A DNA stretch of 64,000 nucleotides from Methyloligellaceae bacterium (lineage in GTDB: Bacteria; Pseudomonadota; Alphaproteobacteria; Rhizobiales; CBDHHC01): positions 4,182 through 68,181 of the forward strand of contig CBDHHC010000021.1 in NCBI GenBank assembly GCA_965263345.1, written 5' to 3'. Below are positions 17,694-25,748 of the stretch, piece after piece. Both the position numbers and the translations under genes were made by a program. Position 1 is the stretch's first letter. The number at the start of each line of letters is the position of its first letter. The notes beneath the pieces were generated by a model. That model was given only the letters and a program-made list of their open reading frames with translations, made no database searches and was not told where the DNA came from.

Positions 17694-17987
17694 ATGAAAT
17701 ATATTTTTACAGAATGGCTTCATAAATTTGAGGATGAACCCAACAAACTTTATTATGAAATTAATAATGAAAGAATTCCAACTCGGGTGATTGAGATTTA
17801 TAAAAGTGGTAAAATTGGTTTTGCTTCAAATAAATTTCAATTTCAGGGCGCTTTCCTTTCTGTTGAACCCTTACCAGAATTAGAAGAGATAAATAGTGAT
17901 TCACAATTTAAAAGTGATTATATTGATCAAGAAGAATTTGAGAAACTTTGGAAAGAAGTAATAACCCAGCCAGACTGGTCGAAATAA
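17694..17987 (+). CDS. Hypothetical small acidic protein (possible orphan immunity-type protein)
   Basis: A 97-aa ORF with no signal peptide. Its 3' end runs into an A-repeat head (ACCCAGCCAGACTGG). The function was not recognised. Confidence 0.35.
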   Translation: MKYIFTEWLHKFEDEPNKLYYEINNERIPTRVIEIYKSGKIGFASNKFQFQGAFLSVEPLPELEEINSDSQFKSDYIDQEEFEKLWKEVITQPDWSK

Positions 17988-18014
17988 CCATAAGCGCTAA
18001 CCTCGCGGGTAAGA

Positions 18015-18112
18015 CTTCTTTAATGCGACATTTGTCAAGTCTAAATTAATCAACATTGGTCAGGTTGTATACCTGACCACATTATAATGACCCAAACTTA
18101 AAGCTTCTATTC
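18015..18112 (+). repeat. Repeat family C, copy 2
   Basis: Identical to 1..98. Confidence 0.9.
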
Positions 18113-18273
18113 TACGCAATATGAGAGCCGTCTATTGGCAGGCATCATGCTTCTTTCCGGGATCAGTGCTGGCGTAATTTTACGCTCCCAATAACACTCT
18201 CCCAAGTTACTGTCCATTCAAAGAGGGAGGCCGAACAAGCTTTGCAACGTGATTGGAAAGCCCTTTGACTTAA

Positions 18274-18358
18274 CCATGCCGGACCGATCTTGCAGATCGG
18301 TCTGATGGTTCTTGCCTCTTTAGGGCTATTGCATGATGGTCAGCCATTCCTGCGAAGG
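18274..18358 (+). repeat. Repeat family E copy 2
   Basis: Same hairpin and core as 16699..16799, with a shorter tail. Confidence 0.85.
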
Positions 18359-18395
18359 AAATACCTTATTATTATAGCCTATAAATTTTGATTTG

Positions 18396-19760
18396 TCATG
18401 GGTAATATCGCTGTGGCAAAGTCACGATAAAACGCGCGCCACCCATCGGGCTGTCTGAAATCTCTACCGATCCATGATGCGAGTCCACAATTTGTTTCAC
18501 GATAGCAAGACCCAAACCGCTGCCACCGGTCGCCCGGCTTCTTGAATTTTCAATACGGTAAAACGGTTCGAAAATATTTTTTCTGACATAATCGGGGATG
18601 CCCGGTCCATTATCATCAATCAGGATACAATGATGACCTTTCTTTGTCTTTACAGTGACTGTCGCCTTCTCAGCGTAATTCATGGCATTATCAATCAAAT
18701 TTGCAAACAACCGGCGGATGCTGGTTAAATCGCCTTTGGTGATATGAGGTTCATTATCTGTCTCAAAGCTGATCGTGTCTATATCTCTAGCCGCAATATC
18801 TTCCTGCAAGATCTGAACGATGTCGATGTCATCATAACGGTCCGTCAGGCCGTTCCCCCGTGCGATAGCGATCGAGTCATTGATGATACGGGACATGTCT
18901 TCCAAATCTTTAACAGCTTTTTCTTGCTTGGTTTCATCCGGAATATCCTCAACACGAAGTCTCAGACGAGTGATATAAGTTTTGAGATCATGGGAAATAG
19001 CACCTAGCAAAACCGAGCGTGCTTTGATCAAAGTCGAGATCCGTTCCTGCATGGCATTGGTTGCTGAGATTAATTCTTTAATCTCTGGGGCGCCTTTCGG
19101 TTTGATAAATCTCGGAGCAACATCTATACCAAAATTTTTCACATTGTCAGAAAGCTGCCTTAAGGGTTTGGCTTCCCGGGCAATCGCCCATAACGCAAAC
19201 CCCGCAAACAGGAAACCATAAAACCCAATCCAAAACCCGATAGGGATACCAAATATCCGCTCCCGAGTGGCTTTACGGACTTTTAAAATGGCAAAACGGC
19301 CATCTTTTAACTCGACCGCAATATTGACGGGTGTTTTGCTTTTTATATCAAACCGATCAAAAAACCTGACCAGTAAATTATGAGATTGTGAAATATCTCT
19401 TACAGCGATGACTTTACGATCCTGAAATGTTTCCAGATATTGTTTAACGAGCCATTCCAGCCCAGGCATACGGTCAAGATCGGAAAACCCTTCCGGCTGT
19501 TTTGAGACAATCTCGATTGCAAGTTCAGGTGTTTTGATCGCACGTAACGTAATGTCTAATTTTTCTGGTGATGAGCTGTCAATTAGATCAATAATAGCAG
19601 CCGATTGATCTGGAATTGGAAAGCGCGAAGCCGCGGATGATTGATCTTTTTTTGCTACAAATGAAAGACCGATCGCCAATGCGAACAACGCAAGACAAAA
19701 CAACAATATGATCAATATAATCCGGTTGAATAATCGTAGTCTTCCAAACATCTTAAACAT
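18396..19760 (-). CDS. Sensor histidine kinase (two TM helices, HAMP, HisKA, HATPase_c)
   Basis: 454 aa with H-box SHDLKTY, N-box DNAMNY, G-boxes DDNGPGI and GGSGLGLAIV. Its start overlaps the response-regulator stop. Confidence 0.85.
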   Translation of the reverse strand: MFKMFGRLRLFNRIILIILLFCLALFALAIGLSFVAKKDQSSAASRFPIPDQSAAIIDLIDSSSPEKLDITLRAIKTPELAIEIVSKQPEGFSDLDRMPGLEWLVKQYLETFQDRKVIAVRDISQSHNLLVRFFDRFDIKSKTPVNIAVELKDGRFAILKVRKATRERIFGIPIGFWIGFYGFLFAGFALWAIAREAKPLRQLSDNVKNFGIDVAPRFIKPKGAPEIKELISATNAMQERISTLIKARSVLLGAISHDLKTYITRLRLRVEDIPDETKQEKAVKDLEDMSRIINDSIAIARGNGLTDRYDDIDIVQILQEDIAARDIDTISFETDNEPHITKGDLTSIRRLFANLIDNAMNYAEKATVTVKTKKGHHCILIDDNGPGIPDYVRKNIFEPFYRIENSRSRATGGSGLGLAIVKQIVDSHHGSVEISDSPMGGARFIVTLPQRYYP

Positions 19761-20469
19761 CTCGAATGGGTTTTACGGGTGCACTTAAAAGATAGCCCGC
19801 ATTTCTTAATGTCTTGATCATTGGCTCGGATCCATCTTCGATTTTCTTGCGTAACCGGCTCACCTGCACATCAATCGTTCTGTCTAAAGCCTCAGCCTTG
19901 CGCCCTCTCGTCCAGTCCATGAGTTGATCACGGGAGAGCACTCGTCCCGGTCTTGTGACAAAACATTCGAGCAAATCAAACTCTGCACTTGTGAGGTTGA
20001 TCTCATCACCCTTTTGATCCATCACACAACGTGCATCAAGATCAACTGTCAGAGGGCCGACAGACAATTGGTCGGTGTCAATATTAAGCGATTGTTCGGT
20101 GCGTCTTAAGATTGCCCGTATACGTGCAACGAGTTCACGGGGATTAAACGGTTTTGGCAGATAGTCATCTGCCCCCATTTCCAGACCAATAATGCGATCA
20201 ATATCTTCCCCCTTTGCAGTTAGCATAATAATCGGGACGCGGGAATTTGTCCGTAAACGTCTGCATATCGAAAGCCCGTCTTCGCCTGGGAGCATCACAT
20301 CAAGCACAATTAAATCAGGCATGCCTTTATAAGAGAGCAGGTGATCAAGAGCAGCTCCACCATTAGCAATATCAGCGGAGAAATCATGCTTTACAAGATA
20401 ATCCTTCAAGAGTGTTTGAATCTCAGGGTCATCCTCAACAATAATGATATAGGGCTGCTCTCTTGTCAT
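19753..20469 (-). CDS. OmpR/PhoB-family response regulator
   Basis: 238 aa with a receiver domain (LIVLDVMLPGEDG) and a winged-helix C-terminus (VDVQVSRLRKKIE). Confidence 0.9.
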   Translation of the reverse strand: MTREQPYIIIVEDDPEIQTLLKDYLVKHDFSADIANGGAALDHLLSYKGMPDLIVLDVMLPGEDGLSICRRLRTNSRVPIIMLTAKGEDIDRIIGLEMGADDYLPKPFNPRELVARIRAILRRTEQSLNIDTDQLSVGPLTVDLDARCVMDQKGDEINLTSAEFDLLECFVTRPGRVLSRDQLMDWTRGRKAEALDRTIDVQVSRLRKKIEDGSEPMIKTLRNAGYLLSAPVKPIRDV

Positions 20470-20476
20470 GATGTGA

Positions 20477-20538
20477 TGTTACACTCAATTTTAGAGTGAT
20501 AGTAAAGAGAAATAGATATGTTGTTACAAATTGTTACA
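20477..20538 (+). promoter_or_regulatory. Candidate response-regulator binding sites: three TGTTACA motifs, two of them phased by exactly 10 bp
   Basis: TGTTACA occurs at 20477..20483, 20522..20528 and 20532..20538. They lie in the divergent region between the regulator gene and the secreted-protein genes. Confidence 0.35.
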
Positions 20539-20634
20539 TTTCCCTCGATTTTTGAAATGTTCCAGAAAACTATTTACTCCAAATTCCTAAGTACTGGATC
20601 GCAACCAGTTCTTATTAATCAAGGAGTTTGAATT

Positions 20635-20946
20635 ATGAAATCACTAAAAGTTATTATTTTGAGTCTGCCTGTTATTTGTTTCGCGTTTGCAGGTGCACAA
20701 GCAGATGGTTGGAAAAGAGATCGTGTCACGACAGGACCACATGGTGGACAGTGGAAATTTTCTGGCAATGGCAATTGTAGTGGGGGAAATTGTTCGTCTA
20801 ATCAAAAATGGACTGGACCAAATGGCGGCACTGTAACACGTCATGGATCAACACAATGTTCTAACGGAACATGTGAAGGGACAGCAACCTGGAAAGGCAC
20901 TCATGGTAAGACCTGGTCAACACAACGTCGCTTCAAACGTTATTGA
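20635..20946 (+). CDS. Small secreted Gly/Asn/Cys/Trp-rich protein
   Basis: 103 aa with signal peptide MKSLKVIILSLPVICFAFAGAQA. The mature part has repeated TGP(H/N)GG...C..G.C units and a basic C-terminus. Confidence 0.55.
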   Translation: MKSLKVIILSLPVICFAFAGAQADGWKRDRVTTGPHGGQWKFSGNGNCSGGNCSSNQKWTGPNGGTVTRHGSTQCSNGTCEGTATWKGTHGKTWSTQRRFKRY

Positions 20947-20951
20947 GAAGC

Positions 20952-21395
20952 ATGGGTGTTATGATGGTTAAAACACTTTTCTACGTAATCGCTATTTTAC
21001 ATATTATTGCACTACCCTTGAATGTTCAAGCGTCGGAACCAAATAAGAAATATGCTCCAGGCGGATTTTATTCAATGCCAATTCGTTTTGGGCTAAGGGC
21101 TTGTGGCGCTGATATCGCAAAGTTATGTGATAACATTATGCCAGGTGGTGGTCGAATAGCACAATGCCTAAAAGATCAAAAAAAAGATCTTTCTACAGCT
21201 TGTCGTAATTTTGTAGATTACGGCAGCAGCTTACGTAAAGCATTCTTCGCCTGTAATGCTGATGCGTCAAAATACTGCTCTCATATCCGACCAGGAGGAG
21301 GTCGCATCATTTCCTGCCTGAAAGGTGAGAAGGAAAAAATTTCTGAGATTTGTAATGGCGCATTATCTCAGATTGAAAGTGACTACGGACAGTAG
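20952..21395 (+). CDS. Secreted cysteine-rich repeat protein (two C-x-D-x4-C-x4-PGGGRI-x2-CL units)
   Basis: It has a signal peptide ending NVQA and two clear repeats (CGADIAKLCDNIMPGGGRIAQCL and CNADASKYCSHIRPGGGRIISCL). It is tightly linked to the previous ORF. The start is uncertain (20943/20952/20961). Confidence 0.6.
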   Translation: MGVMMVKTLFYVIAILHIIALPLNVQASEPNKKYAPGGFYSMPIRFGLRACGADIAKLCDNIMPGGGRIAQCLKDQKKDLSTACRNFVDYGSSLRKAFFACNADASKYCSHIRPGGGRIISCLKGEKEKISEICNGALSQIESDYGQ

Positions 21396-21424
21396 AAACA
21401 ATATCTAGTAGCGGACAGATTTAT

Positions 21425-21550
21425 CCCCCGCCGGTCAGGCTTTGCAAGCCTGACTGAAAAGTCATGCCGCACCCTCGGTCAAACACAACCTCTCTATGAC
21501 CTGAAATTCAAAACTTCAATCTCACTTATCGGATGAGCCGAAGACCATTT
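21425..21550 (-). repeat. Repeat family B copy 1 (here still attached to the RAYT pseudogene)
   Basis: It has the hairpin GTCAGGCT-ttgca-AGCCTGAC. The ~125-nt unit is shared with 42126..42250 and 43082..43206. Confidence 0.85.
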
Positions 21551-21813
21551 CCAATAATCGGGCCGTTCCACATATCCTTTGCGGACAGGATAGTTATAGA
21601 TGTAATCTGTTCTGGTTTATTGTCCTCTTTCCAAAAGTGATATTCATGCGGCTCATCACAAAATATCTTCAAGACATTGGGTTCGCATTCAGCCAGATTC
21701 TTTTTAACTTGTTCCAAGGTTATTTGGAAAACTAGGGAGCGACCAAAATTTGGAGGGGGCATTAGGATGTTAAATGTGGAGTGATCAATATAATCCCTAA
21801 TGCGTAAGCACAA
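21494..21813 (-). pseudogene. Truncated and frameshifted second RAYT/IS200-like transposase gene
   Basis: The segment TLEQVKKNLAECEPNVLKIFCDEPHEYHFWKEDNKP aligns with SKELKKNLQEHEPQVLELFLDEEKGYRFWKDDNKP of the intact copy. After a frameshift, YNYPVRKGYVERPDYWKWSSAHPISEIEVLNFRS* aligns with NYIHENPVHKCYVERPEYWKWSSANPNSEIRLVDYR*. The N-terminal half, including the HUH motif, is missing. Confidence 0.7.
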
Positions 21814-21862
21814 AGGCCACTATAAAATCATTCATTTTTTATAGAATTGGATGCTCGTGAGA

Positions 21863-22648
21863 TTATAATATTGCATCTGTAACGATGATATCGACCTCAG
21901 AAGCTTTGCAAATGTCCTGTATCACAACCGATGGTGATTTATTCGTAACAAAAATATCAATTTCAGACATATGCCCTATTTGCACAGGTGCGTGTCTTTC
22001 AAATTTCATTGCATCTGCAACAAGTATACGTTTGCGCGCCTGCGCTAGAATAGCTTGCGCAACTCGGACCTCACGAAAGTCAAAATCTAACAGGCTGCCT
22101 TCTGAATCGATTGCAGATACGCCCACGATAGCGTAATCAACTTTAAACTGTTTAACAAAATCTACAGTGGCAGCTCCAACAATGCCACCATCGCTTTTGC
22201 GAACCATACCTCCAGCAATAATAACTTCTATAGATGGAGTATCTGACAAGATTGCAGCCACATGAATATTGTTAGTTACGACCATTAACCCTTCGTGGTT
22301 CCTCAGGGAATATGCAACTTGCTCAGTCGTTGTACCAATATTCAAAATAAGTGAGGAATTACTTGGTATAAGAGAAGCGGTAGCAAGGCCAATATTGGCT
22401 TTCGCTGACGAGGCAATTTCTCGCCTTGAAATATATGATACATTCGAAGTTGTCGAGGGGTAAACCGCACCTCCATGCATTCTATGCAGGATCTTCATTT
22501 CACATAAATCGTTCAAATCTTTCCTAATAGTTTGAGGTGTCACCTTAAACCTTTCAGAAAGCCCATTCACATCTACCCGACCTTCAGTTCTTGCAATTTC
22601 AATTATATCTTGTTGTCGAGGAGGCAAAGCACGCATAGAGTATCCCAT
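21863..22648 (-). CDS. glpR: DeoR-family transcriptional repressor (GlpR-like)
   Basis: 261 aa with an N-terminal DeoR HTH (RQQDIIEIARTEGRVDVNGLSERFKVTPQTIRKDLNDL) and a C-terminal sugar-phosphate sensor domain. It is the last gene of the glycerol transporter operon. Confidence 0.75.
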   Translation of the reverse strand: MGYSMRALPPRQQDIIEIARTEGRVDVNGLSERFKVTPQTIRKDLNDLCEMKILHRMHGGAVYPSTTSNVSYISRREIASSAKANIGLATASLIPSNSSLILNIGTTTEQVAYSLRNHEGLMVVTNNIHVAAILSDTPSIEVIIAGGMVRKSDGGIVGAATVDFVKQFKVDYAIVGVSAIDSEGSLLDFDFREVRVAQAILAQARKRILVADAMKFERHAPVQIGHMSEIDIFVTNKSPSVVIQDICKASEVDIIVTDAIL

Positions 22649-22701
22649 AAAAATGATATCAGATAAGTCATTCCTACAGTGAAGCTTTTAGTAATTCCTT
22701 A

Positions 22702-22983
22702 CTAAACCCATAGAAAAACACATAATGTGTAGATTAAGCAGATTCCAATTGCAATCCAAAGGGGTGGGCCAAAAAGTCCTAACCATGCGAGTTGTATAAA
22801 AGCACTTCCAATCAAGGAGATGAATAATCGGTCTCCACGGGTTGTGGTTAATGTCAATATTCCTCGTCTGGGAGCTCCTCCAGGAGAACGTATCTCCCAT
22901 ATCGTCATAATAACAAGTAGTCCTGCGATAATCACAAAAAATAGACCAGTCTGCCAAGTCCATGCCATCCAACTTAGGTTCAT
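22702..22983 (-). CDS. DUF2160-type small membrane protein of glycerol ABC transporter clusters
   Basis: 93 aa. The sequence MNLSWMAWTWQTGLFF...TTTRGDRLFISLIGSAFIQLAWLGL matches the conserved DUF2160 pattern as I recall it. The alternative frame 22688..23002 was rejected. Confidence 0.65.
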   Translation of the reverse strand: MNLSWMAWTWQTGLFFVIIAGLLVIMTIWEIRSPGGAPRRGILTLTTTRGDRLFISLIGSAFIQLAWLGLFGPPLWIAIGICLIYTLCVFLWV

Positions 22984-23004
22984 TTCTAAGCTTTCCTTTC
23001 AACT

Positions 23005-23808
23005 CTAAACCCGTCCTAACGCAAACCCTTTTGCAATATAATTACGCACAAAATAAATCACGACAGCACCAGGTATAATTGTCAGAGTTCCTGCAGCCGC
23101 AAGCAGGCCAAGTTCATAACCAGATGAGCTAGCAGTTCTCGTCATTGTCGCTGCAATTGGTTTGGCTGCAACTGATGTTAGAGTTTTTGCAAGAAGAAGT
23201 TCTACCCATGAAAACATAAAGCAGAAAAACGCTGCCACTCCAATTCCAGCAGCAATAGTAGGAATAAATATTTTAATGAAGAAACTCCAAAATCCATGAC
23301 CATCAAGATAGGCTGTCTCATCAAGCTCTTTGGGGACGCTCGACATAAAACCCTCCAGAATCCAAACAGCCAATGGAATATTAAATAAGCAATGTGCCAA
23401 TGCCACGGCAAGATGCGTGTCAAACAAACCAACCGCTGAATATAGTTGCAAAAATGGCAGTGCAAATACCGCAGCTGGAGCCATGCGATTTGTTAATAAC
23501 CAGAAAAAAAGATGTTTGTCCCCTATAAAGCGATAACGTGAAAATGCATAAGCTGCAGGCAATGCGACTGCTACAGAGAGTATGGTGTTCATTGAAACAT
23601 AAATCAGTGAGTTTATATATCCGTTATACCAGACCGGATCTGTAAAGATCTTAATATAATTTTCAAACGTGAACTGATTGGGCCAGAGTGTGAACGATCC
23701 AAGGATTTCATTTGTCGTTTTGAAGGACATACTGACTAACCAGTAAATAGGTAACAACAAAAAAATTATATAAATTGTAGGGATTAGCCAACTTAAGCGC
23801 TTGATCAT
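23005..23808 (-). CDS. ABC transporter permease (carbohydrate/glycerol type)
   Basis: The start ATG at 23808 overlaps the upstream stop (ATGA). It is polytopic and carries an EAA-like loop (LDETAYLDGHGFWSFFIKIFIP). Confidence 0.85.
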   Translation of the reverse strand: MIKRLSWLIPTIYIIFLLLPIYWLVSMSFKTTNEILGSFTLWPNQFTFENYIKIFTDPVWYNGYINSLIYVSMNTILSVAVALPAAYAFSRYRFIGDKHLFFWLLTNRMAPAAVFALPFLQLYSAVGLFDTHLAVALAHCLFNIPLAVWILEGFMSSVPKELDETAYLDGHGFWSFFIKIFIPTIAAGIGVAAFFCFMFSWVELLLAKTLTSVAAKPIAATMTRTASSSGYELGLLAAAGTLTIIPGAVVIYFVRNYIAKGFALGRV

Positions 23809-24671
23809 GATTGCTCCCCTCTGGTCATAACGGTATAGAAAACCCATGATAACAGAAGTATAATTAGAAAATAAATAATCGACATAGCTGCGGCTGGGCC
23901 AAGATCAAACTGCCCTAATGCAACTTTTACCAGATCAATAGACAGTAACGTCGTGGAGTTTCCTGGTCCTCCTCCAGTGAGAACAGATGGTTCTGTATAA
24001 ATGTTGAAACTGTCCATAAATCTTAATAATATGGCAATCGTCAACACCCTCTTCATTTTTGGAAGTTGAATATACCGAAAGACAGCCCAGGATGAAGCGC
24101 CATCAATTTTAGCAGCCTGATAATAGGCATCAGGAATAGCACTCAATCCTGCGTATGCCAGTAATACCACCAGAGACGTCCAGTGCCAGACATCCATTAC
24201 AATGAGTGTGATCCAGGCTGATATTGGCTGTCGGGTATAATTATAGTCAATTCCCAAACTATTAATTGCTTTACCCAACATGCCTATTTCAGGGAGCGCG
24301 AAAATATTCCACATAGAACCAACAACATTCCAGGGAATAAGCAGAGGTAATGCCATTAGCACCAGACACACGGAAACCCAGATGCCTTTTTTAGGCATTG
24401 CTAGCGCAATCATAATGCCGAGTGGGATTTCTATCGCCAGGATTGTGAAAGTAAAGAAAAGTTGTCGCCCTAATGCGGCATGAAATCGCTCAGAATGCAA
24501 CACCTGCTCAAACCACTTCACACCTTCAAAGAAGAAAATATTATCACCAAACGTTTCTTGCACTGAATAGTTGACAACCGTCATGAGTGGTATGATGGCA
24601 TTAAAAGCGACCAGTACAACGACTGGCAAAACGAACAACCAGCCTTTCTGATTTGTCTGCTTTATTATCAA
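23805..24671 (-). CDS. ABC transporter permease (carbohydrate/glycerol type)
   Basis: 288 aa, polytopic, with EAA loop (YYQAAKIDGASSWAVFRYIQLP). Confidence 0.85.
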   Translation of the reverse strand: MIIKQTNQKGWLFVLPVVVLVAFNAIIPLMTVVNYSVQETFGDNIFFFEGVKWFEQVLHSERFHAALGRQLFFTFTILAIEIPLGIMIALAMPKKGIWVSVCLVLMALPLLIPWNVVGSMWNIFALPEIGMLGKAINSLGIDYNYTRQPISAWITLIVMDVWHWTSLVVLLAYAGLSAIPDAYYQAAKIDGASSWAVFRYIQLPKMKRVLTIAILLRFMDSFNIYTEPSVLTGGGPGNSTTLLSIDLVKVALGQFDLGPAAAMSIIYFLIILLLSWVFYTVMTRGEQS

Positions 24672-24680
24672 CTTTATCTC

Positions 24681-25748
24681 CTATTCAACAATCCAACCAT
24701 CTGCATAAATCCAGGTTTGGTTATTATCAAAGCTTATAAAAGCACTTTCTGAAGGAATATCATCTCTTTCATCTACAAGTAGACGGATTAAACAATCCTC
24801 ATATAATACTTCAACAATACTATATCGTCCTGCATCACTTATCTTGCTGATTTTAACAGGTATTCCTTCATTCGAGAATTTCACAAATTCAGGTCGCACA
24901 CCTATCTCCAGCTTATTTTCTGACAAAACGCCATCTATTTTATTTTTAACTTGCACCTTTTGGCCTTTAAAAATGACTTCTGAATTGTGAATTGAACAAG
25001 GCAAGGTATTCATACCTGGTGATCCGATAAAATGTCCTACAAATGTATGATTAGGGCGTTCAAAAAGTTCAACAGGTGTTCCGATCTGAACAACACGTCC
25101 ATCATGCATGACAACGACTCTATCGGCAAAGGTTAGAGCCTCGGTCTGGTCGTGCGTGACATATATCATCGTGGTATTTGTTTTGGTATGTAGCTCTTTT
25201 AATTGTGAACGCAGTTGCCATTTTAAGTGTGGATCAATGACTGTAAGTGGCTCATCAAACATAATCACATTAACATCATTCCTCACCAAACCGCGTCCTA
25301 GGGAAATTTTCTGTTTACCATCTGCTGTCAACCTATCTGCACGTTGAAAGAGCATTTCAGAAAGATCAGTCATTTCTGCTATTATTTCGACACGCTGTCT
25401 GATCTGGTTCTCGGGCACTCCACGATTTCTTAGAGGAAAAGCAAGATTGTCAAAAACTGTCATCGTGTCATATACTACTGGGAATTGGAAAACCTGAGCA
25501 ATATTACGCTTATCTGGAGGGGCGGTGGTTACATCCAGATCATTAAACAGCACTTTTCCTTCACTTGGTTTTAACAAACCTGAAATAATATTGAGCAAAG
25601 TTGTTTTACCACATCCTGATGGACCAAGTAGAGCATAAGCACCACCATCATCCCAATCTATATTTAACTCTTTCAGAGCATAATCTTCTTCTGCAGACGG
25701 ATTTGGAATGTAACTGTGGCGAATATTTTGCAATTTTATTCTAGCCAT
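24681..25748 (-). CDS. ABC transporter ATP-binding protein
   Basis: 355 aa with Walker A GPSGCGKTT, Walker B VIMFDEP, and a MalK-like C-terminal domain. Confidence 0.9.
   Translation of the reverse strand: MARIKLQNIRHSYIPNPSAEEDYALKELNIDWDDGGAYALLGPSGCGKTTLLNIISGLLKPSEGKVLFNDLDVTTAPPDKRNIAQVFQFPVVYDTMTVFDNLAFPLRNRGVPENQIRQRVEIIAEMTDLSEMLFQRADRLTADGKQKISLGRGLVRNDVNVIMFDEPLTVIDPHLKWQLRSQLKELHTKTNTTMIYVTHDQTEALTFADRVVVMHDGRVVQIGTPVELFERPNHTFVGHFIGSPGMNTLPCSIHNSEVIFKGQKVQVKNKIDGVLSENKLEIGVRPEFVKFSNEGIPVKISKISDAGRYSIVEVLYEDCLIRLLVDERDDIPSESAFISFDNNQTWIYADGWIVE

Larger units (their letters stand above)
16699..18358 (+). mobile_element. RAYT gene bracketed by direct copies of E repeats plus A and C repeats (REP/RAYT cluster)
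   Basis: The order is E1 16699..16799, A2 16895..17050, RAYT, a small ORF, a truncated A head 17968..18014, C2 18015..18112, and E2 18274..18358. Confidence 0.6.

Noticed and set aside
22688-23002. 104-aa ORF overlapping the DUF2160 gene in another frame
   Set aside because: The 22702..22983 frame gives a hydrophobic protein with the conserved TTRGDRLFI…AWLGL pattern, while the alternative frame gives no recognisable features.
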